A stretch of DNA of 57,854 nucleotides, filler included, from Malacoraja senta (taxonomy: Eukaryota): the NCBI GenBank assembly GCA_038087875.1. It is 3 parts of 3 records of this genome, joined end to end, with 100 filler letters (N's around TTAATTAATTAA, not from the genome) between each part and the next. Parts side by side here need not be neighbours in the genome. Positions count along the whole stretch, not along the records: positions 20,935 to 40,660 come from JAXLNO010003772.1; positions 40,761 to 57,854 come from JAXLNO010001395.1; 1 more part is not named here. One strand, written 5' to 3'. The notes under the pieces are model-generated. The model worked only from the letters and a program-made list of their open reading frames with translations. It had not been told where the DNA came from and ran no database searches. Made by a program: the position numbers and the translations under genes. Shown here in pieces: positions 40,426 through 53,300 of the stretch (the stretch's first letter is position 1; each line of letters starts with the position of its first letter).

Positions 40426-40660
40426 TGAAACCGCCCTCACCAGAAACCACCCACAAAACCACCCTCACGCACCCACACTCAACCACCCACACCCACCCAC
40501 CCGAAACCACCCTCAACCACCCACACCCGAAACCACCCTCACACCCGAAACCACCCTCAACCACCCACACACCCGAAACCACCCTCACCCACCCGAAACC
40601 ACCCTCACCCACCCGAAACCACCCTCACCCACCCACAACCACCCACACACCCGAAACCAC

Positions 40661-40760
40661 NNNNNNNNNNNNNNNNNNNNNNNNNNNNNNNNNNNNNNNN
40701 NNNNTTAATTAATTAANNNNNNNNNNNNNNNNNNNNNNNNNNNNNNNNNNNNNNNNNNNN
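40661..40760. other. Assembly gap / artificial contig spacer
   Basis: 44 N + TTAATTAATTAA + 44 N. Confidence 0.95.
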
Positions 40761-43323
40761 TAAACCGATGCCCACAGGTTTTAGACATCAATTATGTAAA
40801 ATATTTTCTGCTACCTGTCAAAGATCTTATAATTTTGAATACCGCAATCAAATCTTCCCTCGCCCTTCTTCACTCCAATGAAAACAAACCTAGCCTATCC
40901 AGTCCCTCCCATTACATGCAACATCCTGGCGAATCTCTTTTGCACACTTTTCTGTTGGCTCAAAGGGCCGAATGGCCTACTCCTGCACCTATTGTCTATT
41001 GTCTATAATTGTTTTGAAACCTTTTGGCCACTTGCATGACACCATGCTGATTGTATGTTTTAAAAGAAAATATGCTTATGATGTAACACATTAAAACTGT
41101 AATAACAAATAGTATGTATATAATGCCTTATTAACATTGCAAAACACCCCAAATGTTTTCATAGCATTATTGAATAAAGATTGATTTTCAGTCATATAAG
41201 GAAATACCAGGACAGATAACCAAATCATGGTCAGAGGTTTTAAGAGGTTCTTTAAGTCTATGGATGTTGAGGGAAGGAATTCCAGAGGTTTGGCCTTTGC
41301 CAACTAATAATACAACTATTGGTATTGCATGATTTGAAATATGGGATTTTCAAAGCCATAATTGGAGAGATATGGTTCAGGAGATTACAGAGATGGAGAG
41401 GATTTAAATCCTAAGATTTGAAAACAAGTACAGCATTTTACTGGGAGCTAATATAGGTCATTGGATGTTGGGGCATAAGCAGTTGGGTTCAGATGGCCTT
41501 GGGTTTACGGAAGGTAGCAAGTGGAGAAACTTCACTACTGGGTTGGAATAGTCAGATTAAGACCAAAGACAAGTCTTCGGCCTTTGCTCTATTTAATTGG
41601 AAGAAATTTCAAATTTATTGGTCCAGTTGTCCGTTAACATATTGATAGATTTAAAACTAAAAGGCAGAAAAGGCATGACACACTCATCATGATACTCATC
41701 AGTTATTTTTGGGTGGTTGGTTGGTGGATAGTGCCATCTAGGCATAATTATTGATTGCCATTGAATAGTTTGAGTAACCACTACATTTCTGTTCGTCTTC
41801 CAAAAGCATGGCATCACTTTTCGAAAAACGGGTATTTCTGTGTATTTGGATTAGAGATTGGTAAGGAGTTTATTGGCATAGAAAGCGAAGTGCTGGAAGT
41901 ACCCAGCAGGTCAGGCTGCATTCTGTGGCGGGAACAGAAAGTAAATATTCCACTTTGCCTGTGGGTGGTGGAGGCAGATAGTTTCACAACGTTTGGAAAG
42001 TATAATCTGAGTGCTAGAAAGTGTGATTCGAATAGTTGGTTATTTGGAGACCAGCATGGATATGGTGGGCCAAATGCCTGTTTCCCTGCTTTATATCTGT
42101 ATGACTTAACATTTCAGATCAATGACTCTTCATCAGGTGTGGGAAAATTATTGATTTAGCATTTGCCCATTTCATCAAAATTTAAATTCCCATCTTTTCA
42201 AATGAGGGTGGCAATTCTTGCCGACAGGTGGAAAATCTACTTTGTATATCTTTCAAGTCAGGCATGTTCCTTAACGAGGTCCACTCAAAACTGTTCTGAA
42301 TAAACAAGGCCACTTTGCACTGACCTTGGTAATTAAATGCCTTCACTAATTTCCCCAAAAGTCCTCGGATCCTGATAAGTTAACAGATATATACTCGTCT
42401 CTGGTCTGAGAAGTAGGAATCACGCAATGTTTGTTCCAGCAATTTGGTGAAGTCCAGGCGCTCAGGTTGGCTGAAGTCTTTAAATTATTTTACCCAAAGT
42501 TTAAATGTGTTGCTTTCAGAACAAAGCAGTCCAGGTGGGAGACAGTCGGCTGATGCTTGTAGATATTTCTGATATTGTGAGCATCATACCTGATTTTTCT
42601 ATTTTGACCTGCAATATTTGGCTTGCATTGTTTTTGATAGTTTGTTTGGCATCACCAAAATTTGTATCATTATGTCTTCATATTTTTTAGTAGAATAAGA
42701 AATTCATATTGTCTGGTAGAAAACTCGTATGATTTTTGTTTTTCCCTCGGTGGTTGGTGGAAGAAAATGCAAGAGAACCAGGAACAGGTTGTACTCCTTT
42801 TAGTTTGATGTATCAAATTTAGTGAGATTAATGAAAACTTTAAATCTGGTAGTTTCTTGGTTGGCCATGGCACCAACATGTTGCAAATTTGCAATGGATT
42901 TTACCAATGCAGAAGAAAATTCCAGTTGATCTAAGTTTAATTTTAATGACTGTATTGTACAATCACTAGATCTGAAAGTGTTCATTGAAACAAAGAATTG
43001 TAAGTAGACAATAGCTTCCTGGCAGGAACATGATCAAAGATAGACACAAAATACAGGAGCAATTCAGCGTGTCAGGCAGCATATTTGGAGAAAATGGATA
43101 GGTGATATTTTGGGTCGGGACCCTTCTTCATACTGATTGTGGTGGTGGGGGGAGGTAGAACTGGAAACAAGAAGAGACCAGAACTGGCAGCAGATGATCT
43201 CCTGATGGGCTCATTGTTTGGACACATCATTGTGAACTGTGGAACTGGGTAACTGTTGGATTGACATAACACACACAGTGATTAGGATCCAAAGACTTTT
43301 ATTAGCAATTCAGCAAAGGTAAC

Positions 43324-46300
43324 ACTTGGAAGGTTTTTGTTGGGACGCAGTCCTCCACACATTTCTTTATTAAGTCTGTAACGACTGTGGCATATCAGGG
43401 CTCGAAATTAGCGGTTGCCTGGGTGCCAATGGCAACTTACAGTCCCGCCAGGCAAACTAAAAGCCATGCCATTTTGCCCGGCTTGGCAAGCAACCGGGAC
43501 ACCCGCCCGCCATCCGTGTCCGGGTCTCGGCGCTCAGCGCTAGCTCTCGGCGCTAGCTCTCGGCTCGGCTCTAGGCTCTCGGCTCGGCTCTAGGCTCTCA
43601 GCTCGGCTCTCTGGTCCCCGCTCGGCTCTCGGCTCGGCTCTTGGCTTTCAGCTTGGCTCTCGGGTCTCCGCTCGGCTCTCGGGTCTCCGCTCGGCTCTCG
43701 GGTCTCCGCTTGGGTCTCGGGTCTCCGCTCGGCAAAAAGGGTTCTTGGGGGAAAAAAAGCTACCTTAAATTTAGTTGCGTCTGGTTGGTACCTTTGGTAG
43801 GGTGAAGACTATTCCATGCTTTAATAGTGCGGGGGAACTCCATGGAGCAGCCAGCATCTCTGGATAGAAAACATTGGGTGACGTTTCGGGTAGAAACCCT
43901 TCTTTACATTTCCTCTGGTTTTAGTGTTTTTAGTTTAATTTAAAGATACAGTGTGGAAACAGGCCCTTCGGCCCACCGAGTCCACGCCGACCACTGATCA
44001 CCTGTACTCTAGTTCTATCCCACACATCAGCAACGTAAGTCAAGAGTGTTTTATTCTCTCACATCCCAGTTAGAACAATGAAATCCTTACTTGCAGCAGC
44101 ACAACAGAATATGTAAACATAGTACTCTGTAAGCAATGTTATAAACGAGAAAACAAAACTCCATACAGACAGCACCCATATTCAGGATCAATTCCGGGTC
44201 TCTGGCAATTTTAGGGCAGCAAATTTATGGTCAATGTACTGCCCCAATAGCCTTGAACTGAATTAAAACATACAGTAGCTGTAAAGGGGGACATAGCGTC
44301 ACTTAGAGATTTAAGACTGAAAATGGATAGTTTCTTTTTTTTTAGTAACCAAAGTTATCAACGTATAATTTTTTGTGTGTTGGAAAATAAAATATAGTGG
44401 CACAGCTGGTGGACTTGCTGCCTCACACGCCAGAGATCTGTGTTCGATCCTGTTCTCGGGCACTGTCTGTGTTGAATTTGCACATTCTCCCTGCAAGCAT
44501 GTGGGTTTCTTCCCACATCCCAAAGACGCATTGGCTTTGTAGGTTAAATTGTCTCTGTAAAATTGCCCCTAATGTGCAGGGAGTGGGTGAGGAAAGTGGG
44601 ATAACAGAACTTGTGTGAATGGGTAGACAAAAATGCTGGAGAAACTCAGCAGGTGAGGCAGCATCTATGGAGCGAAGGAAATAGGCGACATTTCGGGTCG
44701 AGACCCTTCTTCAGACTGATGTCGGGAGGGGTGGGGGGCAGAAAAAAGAAAGGAAGAGGCGGAGACAGTAGGCTGTGGGAGAGCTGGGAATGGGAGCGGA
44801 GGGAGGGAGAAAGCAAGGACTACCTGAAATTGGAGAAGCCAATGTTCATACCGCTGGGGTGTAAACTACCCAAGCAAAATATGAGGTGCTGTTCCTCCAA
44901 TTTGCGGTGGGCCTCACTCTGGCCATGGAGGAGGCCCAGGACAGAAAGGTCTGATTCGGAATGGGAGGGGGAGTTGAAGTGCTGAGCCACCGGGAGATCA
45001 GGTTGGTTATTGCGAACTGAGTGGAGGTGTTGTGCGAAGCAATCGCCAAGCCTGCGCTTGGTCTCACCGAGGTTGATCATACGCTGAATAACCATATTTT
45101 TGTTTGGAAGTGGAAAGTGATAATAGAAATTGCATTCATTGCAATGTGTAAAAAGAAATGAGATACTGTATTGTAATTTTGCTGCATGTCATTGTGGTAT
45201 ATATCATGTCTTGATTGGTGAATATGTTTAGTTTGTGACTTTATTTGAAGCAGAAATAATATGTGAATGCTTCATTGACCATAATTCCGACTGGTAACTA
45301 CGCACTTCGTCCGAGCACATTATCGCACGCGTCATGCAAGCCGTCTTAAATGACCACCTAAACTGTCATTTGGCAACTTAAAAAGCTGCCGAGGTTGCCT
45401 GGCTGGCAACAGGGAAAAAAAGTTAAGCGAGAGCCCTGCGTATTCGTTCAGATACGTTGCCAAGTCCCTGAACATTGCCCAGTCTACAGACTCCAAACAG
45501 TCCTGGAGTTGTTCCTCTGCCTCCCCCGACCAGCTCTGTACAGTCCTCACCTCTGGGGGTGCGCTCTTCAATTGCTGGCTGTAGGCAGGAAGCAGCAGCA
45601 CCGCAGTATGGTCGGATTTACCGAAGTGAGGGCGAGGGATAGAGCGATAGGCGTCTTTGATGGTCGTGTAGCAGTGGTCAAGGGTGTTTGATCCTCTGGT
45701 GCTGCAGGAGACATGTTGGTGGAAGTTAGGGAGCGATTTCTTCAGGTTGGGTTTGTTGAAGTCCCCGGCTATGGTGATAAATGCCTCGGGGTAAGCCGTT
45801 TGTGCTTGTTGACCACGGTATGCAGCTCCCCAGTGCCAGATGGACATCAGCCTGGGATGGGATGTAGACCGCTGTCAGGATGATGGAGGTGAATTCCCTC
45901 GGTAGGTAGAAGGGACGGCACTTCACAGCCAGGTGTTCCAGGTGTGGAGAGCAGGAGTTGGATAGGACTGCCACGTCTGAGCACCACGCAGAGTTGACCA
46001 TGTGGCAGATGCCCCCTCCTCTCCCTTTCCCAGATGCCAGTGTACGGTCCATGCGATGAATGGAGAAGCCTTCAGGCTGGACTGCTGAGTCTGGGGAGCT
46101 GGGGGTGAGCCACGTCTCTGTGAAACAGAACACAGAGCATTCCCTCAGCTCCCTTTGGTAAAGCAGCCTTGCCCTTAAGTCCTCCACTTTGTTTTCAAGG
46201 AACTGTACATTGCCCAGTAGGATGGTAGAGAGAGGGGGTCGAAGTCCCCTGCGCTTCAGTCTGACCTGAAGTCCTGCCCGTCGGCCACGTTTCCGGACAC

Positions 46301-46765
46301 AATGGAGGCCTCTCCGTTGTTTCCAGGTACTGTGTTTACTGTACCTGCTGTTACTGCAAACCTGCGCTGGAACGGGGATTCCCTTGCAGACGGCAGCTCC
46401 AGCTCGTTTGCGATCGGGGATTCCCTCACAATCGGCAGCTCCAGCTCCGTTGCTCCTGGGAGATCCTGCCTGTCGGCTCCAGAGGTCTTCCCAGTGTTTC
46501 CAGGTACAGTACCTGTGATCCTCAGTCGGGTCGGGTGTTTTCCAGCGATCGAGGGGTCGTTTACAGTCGGGGGCTCCTGCAGCTGCGGGAGATCACGATA
46601 TCGCTTGTGCCTTCAAGTGCACTAGCAGCTTTTCCGTTACGGCGCCAATTTCTGCCGTTTCTCTAATCCAGGTGAGTTGGGTGAAGTTATAAATAATTCT
46701 CTTCTGTTGAGCTGCTGGCAAAATGTCACCACAGGCAGGCGCCATCTTAATTTTTTTTTCTTTTC
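43324..46765 (-). mobile_element. Rex1/Babar LINE 5' part (5' UTR + APE endonuclease), inverted; interrupted by TIR copy 2
   Basis: FCFTETWL..GRGGG..CRPFYLPREF..AVYIP, IAGDFN, LDHCY..FGKSDH motifs (ORFs 45726-46187 and 45332-45847); continues past the TIR element at 43324-43395. Confidence 0.85.
43396..45438. mobile_element. Composite non-autonomous TIR element, copy 2
   Basis: cagggctc...gagccctg termini; 5-bp TSD catat/cgtat (one CpG-type mismatch); LINE frame (DLATYLNEYA-TVVTD) rejoins across it. Confidence 0.85.
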
Positions 46766-47047
46766 TCTGCAATTGGATCCTCGACTTCCTCATCCACAGC
46801 CCACAGTCTGTCCGTATTGGTGGAAATGTGTCATCCTCGATAACAATCAGCACAGGAGCACCTCAAGGCTGCGTGCTCAGCCCCCTGCTGTACTCACTCT
46901 ATACTCAAGACTGTGTAGCTGGACATAGTGCGAACTCCATCAAGTTAGCCGACGACACAACTGTTGTGGGACAAATCACTGATGGTGATGAGTCAGAGTA
47001 TAGAAGTGAGATCGACCGATTGACCAAATGGTGCCAGCACAATAACC

Positions 47048-49513
47048 CACGGCTCGAAATTAGTTGCCCGGGTGCCAAAGGCAACTTACAGTCCCGCCGG
47101 GCAACCTAAAAGCCATGCCACTTTACCCGGCTTGGCAAGCAACCGGGACACCCGCCCGCCATCCGTGTCCGGCTCTCGGCTCTCGGTTCTCCGCTCGGCG
47201 CTAGCTCTCGGCGCTAGCTCTCGGCTCGGCTCTCGGGTCTCCGCTCGGCTCTTGGCTCTCCGCTCAGCTCTCGGGTCTCCGCTCGGCTCTCGGCTTGGGT
47301 CTCTACTCGGCTCTCGGGTCTCGGGTCTCCGCTCGGCTCTCGGGTCTCCGCTCGGCTCTCGGGTCTCGGGTCTCCGAGCACATCATCGGCCGTGGTTGTG
47401 CGCATGTGCGGCCCTGCACATGCGCACTGCCACGGCAACTGGTCGGCGTCGGCCCCTTTCTCCCTCCCTTTGCATTGTGGGAGTACTGGCTGCCATTGCT
47501 CTCTGGTCGCTGCCTCACCTGGAGTAACTCTTGCTTCTTGGTTTCCAGGTCCTCCAAAAATATTCGAAATGGAATTTAAACTGGTGGACCCACCACCACC
47601 AAACTCCAAACTCTGAAAAATTACAGCCTATTGCATTTTATCTGTTTATTTATTGTGTATATATATGGTCTATAGTATATAGACACTGAACTTTTATCTC
47701 CTGTTCTGTATTATGTTTACATATTCTGTTGTGCTGCAGCAAGCAAGAATTTCATTGCCCTATCTGGGACACATGACAATAAAACACTCTTAACTTGGAC
47801 TTAAGCAAAAAAGGGTTCTTGGGGGAAAAAAAGCTACCTTAAATTTAGTTGCGTCTGGTTGGTACCTATGGTTAGGGTGAAGACTATTCCATGCTGTAAT
47901 AGTGCGGGTGAACTCCATTGAGCAGCCAGCATCTCTGGATAGAAAAAATTGGGTGACGTTTCGGGTAGAAACCCTTCTTTACATTTCCTCTGGTTTTAGT
48001 GTTTTTAGTTTAATTTAAAGATACAGTGTGGAAACAGGCCCTTCGGCCCACCGAGTTCACGCCGACCACCGATCGCCCGTACTCTAGTTCTATCCCACAC
48101 ATCAGCAACGTAAGACAAGAGTGCTTTATTCTCTCACGTCCCAGTTAGAACAATGACATCCTTACTTGCAGCAGCACAACAGAATATGTAAACATAGTAC
48201 TCTGTAAGCAATGTTATAAGCGAGAAAACAAAACTCCATACAGACAGCACCCATATTCAGGATCAATTCCGGGTCTCTGGCAATTTTAGGCAGCAAATTT
48301 ATGGCCAATGTACTGCCCCAATAGCCTTGAACTGAATTAAAACATACAGTACCTGTAAAGGTGGACATAGCGTCACTTAGAGATTTAAGACTGAAAATGG
48401 ATAGTTTCTTTTTTTTTAGTAACCAAAGTTATCAACGTATAATTTTTTGTGTGTTGGAAAATAAAATATAGTGGCACAGCTGGTGGACTTGCTGCCTCAC
48501 ACGCCAGAGATCTGTGTTTGATCCTGTTCTCGGGCACTGTCTGTGTTGAATTTGCACATTCTCCCTGCAAGCATGTGGGTTTCCTCCCACATCCCAAAGA
48601 CGCATTGGCTTTGTAGGTTAACTTGTCTCTGTAAAATTGCCCCTAATGTGCAGGGAGTGGGTGAGGAAAGTGGGATAACAGAACTTGTGTGAATGGGTAG
48701 ACAAAAAATGCTGGAGAAACTCAGCAGGTGAGGCAGCATCTATGGAGCGAAGGAAATAGGCGACGTTTCGGGTCGAGACCCTTCTTCAGACTGATGTCGG
48801 GAGGGGTGGGGGGCGGGAAAAAGAAAGGAAGAGGTTGAGACAGTAGGCTGTGGGAGAGCTGGGAATGGGAGGGGAGGGAGGGAGAAAGCAAGGACTACCT
48901 GAAATTGGAGAAGCCAATGTTCATACCGCTGGGGTGTAAACTACCCAAGCAAAATATGAGGTGCTGTTCCTCCAATTTGCAGTGGGCCTCACTCTGGCCA
49001 TGGAGGAGGCCCAGGACAGAAAGGTCGGATTCGGAATGGGAGGGGGAGTTGAAGTGCTGAGCCACCGGGAGATCAGGTTGGTTATTGCGAACTGAGTGGA
49101 GGCGTTGTGCGAAGCGATCGCCAAGCCTGCGCTTGGTCTCACCGAGGTTGATCATACGCTGAATAACCATATTTTTGTTTGGAAGTGGAAAGAGATAATA
49201 GAAATTGCATTCATTGCAACGTGTAAAAAGAGATGAGATACTGTATTGTAATTTTGCTGCGTGTCATTGTAGTATATATCATGTCTTGATTGGTGAATAT
49301 GTTTAGTTTGTGACTTTATTTGAAGCAGAAATAATATGTGAATGCTTCGTTGACCATAATTCCGACTGGTAACTACGCACTTCGTCTGAGCACATTATCG
49401 TATGTGTCATGCAAGCCGTCTTAAATGACCACCTAAACTGTCATTTGGCAACCTAAAAAGCAGCCGAGGTTACCCGGCTGGCAACAGGGAAAAAAAGTTA
49501 TGCGAGAGCCCTG
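47048..49513. mobile_element. Composite non-autonomous TIR element, copy 3
   Basis: cacggctc...gagccctg termini; perfect 5-bp TSD taacc (47043-47047, 49514-49518). Confidence 0.88.
48762..48794 (-). ncRNA. Minimal hammerhead-ribozyme-like motif of a Penelope-like terminal repeat
   Basis: Minus strand tcagt-CTGAAGA-A-GGGTC-TC-GACCC-GAAA-CGTC: CUGANGA core, 5-bp helix II, GAAA, palindromic ACGT helix III, GUC triplet. Confidence 0.55.
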
Positions 49514-50358
49514 TAACCTGGCTCTCAATACCAGCAAAACCAAGGAACTGATTGTGGACTTTGTAAGGGATAGGATAGGGACCCACAATCCCGTTTATAT
49601 CAACGGGACGATGGTGGAAAGGGTCAAGAACTTAAAATTCCTGGGTGTGCATATTTCCAAAGATCTTTCCTGGTCCCAGCACACTGATGCAATTATAGAG
49701 AAAGCACATCAGCCCCACTACTTCCTGAGAAGATTACGGAGAGTCGGTATGTCAAAGAGGACTCTCCCGACCTTCTACAGGTGCACAGTAGAGAGCATAC
49801 TGACTGGTTGCATTGTGGCTTGGTTCGGCATCCAGGAGCGGAAAAGAATGCAGAAAGTTGTGACCACTGTCCAGTCCATCATCGGCTCTGACCTCCCCAC
49901 CATCGAAGGGATCTATCGCAGTCGCTGCCTCAAAAAGGCTGCCAACTTCATCAAGGACCCACACCATCCTGGCCACACACTCATCTCTCCGCTGCCATCA
50001 GGTAGAAGGTACAGGAGCCTGAAATCGGGTACATCTTCTTCCCCACAGCCATCAGACTATTAAACTCGCCATCAAATAAACTCTGAACTATAACAGCCTA
50101 TTGCACTTTATCTGTTTATTTATGTGTTTATATCTGGTCTATGCTATGTAGACACATGTTCTGTATTATGCTTACAATACTCTGTTGCGCTGCAGCAAGC
50201 AAGAATTTCATTGTCTTATCTGGGACACATGACTTGACTTGACTTGACTTCATCTTAACATACAGCTCAAGACTGAGAGAGAAAGGGAAAAAGGCTTTCC
50301 ATTTAACCTGTGGGCGGAGCCACAGTATGACTCATAACATGAGTGACACTGAACTACA

Positions 50359-53300
50359 TCCTCCCTCTTAAAGAATTAAATGTAAATACAAAACTATTGA
50401 CTAAATAAGGCATGCATAGTAAATGATAATATGCTGGAGGAAAGTCAAACGTAGCCCGGGTACTTTACGGTGGGCTTGCAAGCACGACCAACACGTGTGC
50501 GATATAAACCATTTCCCTCCTTCGTCACCTGGGACAGTCGGTGGTATAAATGGTGGCGGTGATTGATATGGCATTCCCGGTGACAAAACAGGGGACTTTG
50601 GTACAGGCGGAGGAGACGTCGCCATTGTCAAAGTAACCGTTTCAGAAACAGGTTGTTGTGCGGGTACAGGCGGGTCGATGCCGCTGGATGTGGATGGAAG
50701 TACACTTGTACGGTCAGGATAATACGGAGGTGGAGCTGGCTCATTCACAGGCAGGATATGTTGCCTATTACGTCTGTTGGTGCCGCCATCAGCATTGACC
50801 AAATATGAGCGTGGCTCAGAGGCAGTTCCAGAAATCACACCGATACGGTCATGACCTTTGTCGGTTTGCAAACGAACCACCTGCCCCTCGGTTAATGCCC
50901 CTCGGCAGCGGTCTGCTTGTTTTATCATACCACTGTTTTTTAATGTCACGCATTTGTTGCAGTCTGGACTGGACTTCCGATGGTGGGACCACCTGCGGGA
51001 TTAATGCCTGATCTGCTACAGGCACTGTGTCTCGGGTCTGTCTTGATAATAAACGTTGAGCAGGTGAACCCAAGATGGGGTCGCGGGAGATGTTGAGCAG
51101 GTCCAGTTACACATCGGAATTAGCTCTGTGGGATCATTCCATTAATTGTTTGGCACTCCTGACAGCCCGTTCAGCCAGTCCATTCGACTGAGGATATTCA
51201 GGGCTGCTGGTGATGTGGCGAAAACCCCAGTGTGCAGCAAATTCTTTGAAATGCTGGCTGGTAAATTGACTGCCATTATCAGATAGCAGTTGACAAGGAG
51301 GTCTGTGGTCTGCAAAATGGCGAGCGAGTTTTAGAACTACCCCGGGAGAAGTGGGGCTACTAACAAGATCGATGTCAAACCAGCCGGAATACGAGTCGAC
51401 AAGAACCAGGTACTGCTTGCCATGCCACTCAAATATGGCAGTTGCCACTGCAGACCAAGGGAGGGCAGGAGCCAGGTGTGAGAGAAGTGGTTGCTTTTGT
51501 TGATGAGGTGCCAAACCGTTACACACTACACAGGATGCCACATTCTCAAGAATGTATTCAGCCATACCAGCAGTAAAACATGTTTTTTGCTCGTAGGACA
51601 GTTGCTTCAGCGCCTGGGTGCCATGCATGGACAGCATTAAAATACGTGCTGTGTAAAGAAGCAGGGACTATAGCCTTGTGGCCTTTTACGATAATACCAT
51701 CTTGTAGTACGAGTTCATCACAGATGGCAAAGAAGGGTCGAACTGGAAGCGGTACATTGTAATGCTTGTCAGGCCTGCCACACTTAATGATGGAGGCGAG
51801 TGACCGTAAGGTATTGTCAGCAACAGTATGGGCAACCAGGTCCTCCACACAGGACGAGGGAATAAAAGACAGTCATTATTACAAAGTCATCATCCGGTGA
51901 GGGCAGACCCTCGCAGATCTTTCGGGGAGCACGCGAGAGGGTGTCAGCCAGGTGCATGTCCTTACCATGTTTGTAGGTCAGAACAATGTCATACTTTTGA
52001 AGTTGAAGCAACATCCGTTGAAGGCGTCCTGGAGAGGCATGAATCGGTTTGTTAAGGATGCTGACCAGGGGTGGTGGTCAGTTTCAATCATGACTGTATG
52101 TCTGAAGATTAAGTCATTAAACTTCTTGCAGGCGAAAACGACTGATAGCCGCTCCTTTTGAATTTGGGCGTAGCGTTGTTCTGTGTCAGTCATGGTGCGC
52201 GAGGCATAGGCGACAGGCTTGCTGCCACTACCGTCATCTTGAAGACATGCTGCGCCTAGTCCGTGTTGTGAAGCGTCACAAGTCAGTGTGACCGGTCGTT
52301 TAGGATCAAAATAAGCGAGAGTAGGGGCACAAGACATTTGCTGCTTAAGAGTGTCAAACGCCCTCTGCTGTTGCTCGTGCCAGGCCCAAACAGTGTCTTT
52401 GTGGGTAAGGTGGCGCAGCAGGGCTGATATTTCATTGAAGTTCGGAATAAATTTACTCAGGTAGTTTACCATGTCAAGGAATCTTTGCAGACTAAGCACG
52501 TCTGTGGGTGCTGGTAATTCGTTGATAACAATGTTTTTTGCTGGATCAGTTTTTAGGCCATCTTTAGTGAACACATGGCCTACGTAGTTCACCTCACTTA
52601 TTCTGAATTTGCATTTTTAAGCGTTTAACTTGAGGTTGATTGCAGGATCTTTGTTAGATTAGCATTGTGTTCTTGGATAGTTCGTCCAGCAACGAGGATA
52701 TCATCTACTACAATGGAGCATGGGTAACCTGCAAACAATTGTTCCATAGCCCGTTGAAATACTTCACTAGCAGAGCTTATGCCAAAAGGCATGCAAAGGA
52801 ATCTGTATCGCCCGAAGGGTGTGCTGAAGGTAGCTAACTTGGAGGAGTTGCGTTCCAGAGGAATCTGCCAGAATGAACTCTTGGCATCTAGTACTGTGAA
52901 TACAGTTGCTTCAGCCAGCTGCGCTGCAATCTCATCCACTGTGCACATGGGATAGTGTGGTCGTTTAATGGCTGTGTTTAAGTCCTTGGGATTGATGCAA
53001 ATCCGTATTTCATCCTTGTTCTTCTTTGTTGCCACGACCATGGGCGAGACCCAATCCGAGGGGACAGTGACGGGGGCAAGATACACCATTCTGTTGAGTT
53101 CACTTTGAACACGGTTCCGCATAGCATGGGGAATCCTGTGTGCCGAACGGACAACTGGAAGTACCTCGGGGTTAATCGTAATTGTGTACTTGACAGGCAA
53201 CCTGCCCAGCTTGTCATCAAACAAATTTTGGTATTGTGTCAGGATTTGTTGAGTAAAGTCACTAGTTGTAGTCAGATGACAAACAGAAGCACTGAAAGTG

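Larger units (their letters stand above)
39140..40660. repeat. C-rich satellite (cacccacccgaaaccaccct-like) split by a CR1 insertion and running into the gap
   Basis: Units at 39140-39270 and 40426-40660. Confidence 0.8.
46766..50250 (+). mobile_element. Rex1/Babar LINE 3' part (RT C-terminal half, 3' UTR, (gactt)n tail); interrupted by TIR copy 3
   Basis: [41 protein letters not shown]|NLALNTSKTKELIVDF (ORFs 46723-47109 and 49500-50063). Confidence 0.88.

Noticed and set aside
42130-43020. AT-rich unique-looking stretch with protein-like short minus frames (e.g. 42800-42985, 42670-42894)
   Set aside because: All frames are repeatedly interrupted, no recognisable domain or consistent splice sites; cannot be supported without a tBLASTx search.
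43324-46765. LINE inversion caused by the two flanking TIR copies (alternative transposition)
   Set aside because: Both TIR copies retain their own TSDs and the inversion breakpoints (43324, about 46765) do not coincide with their ends.
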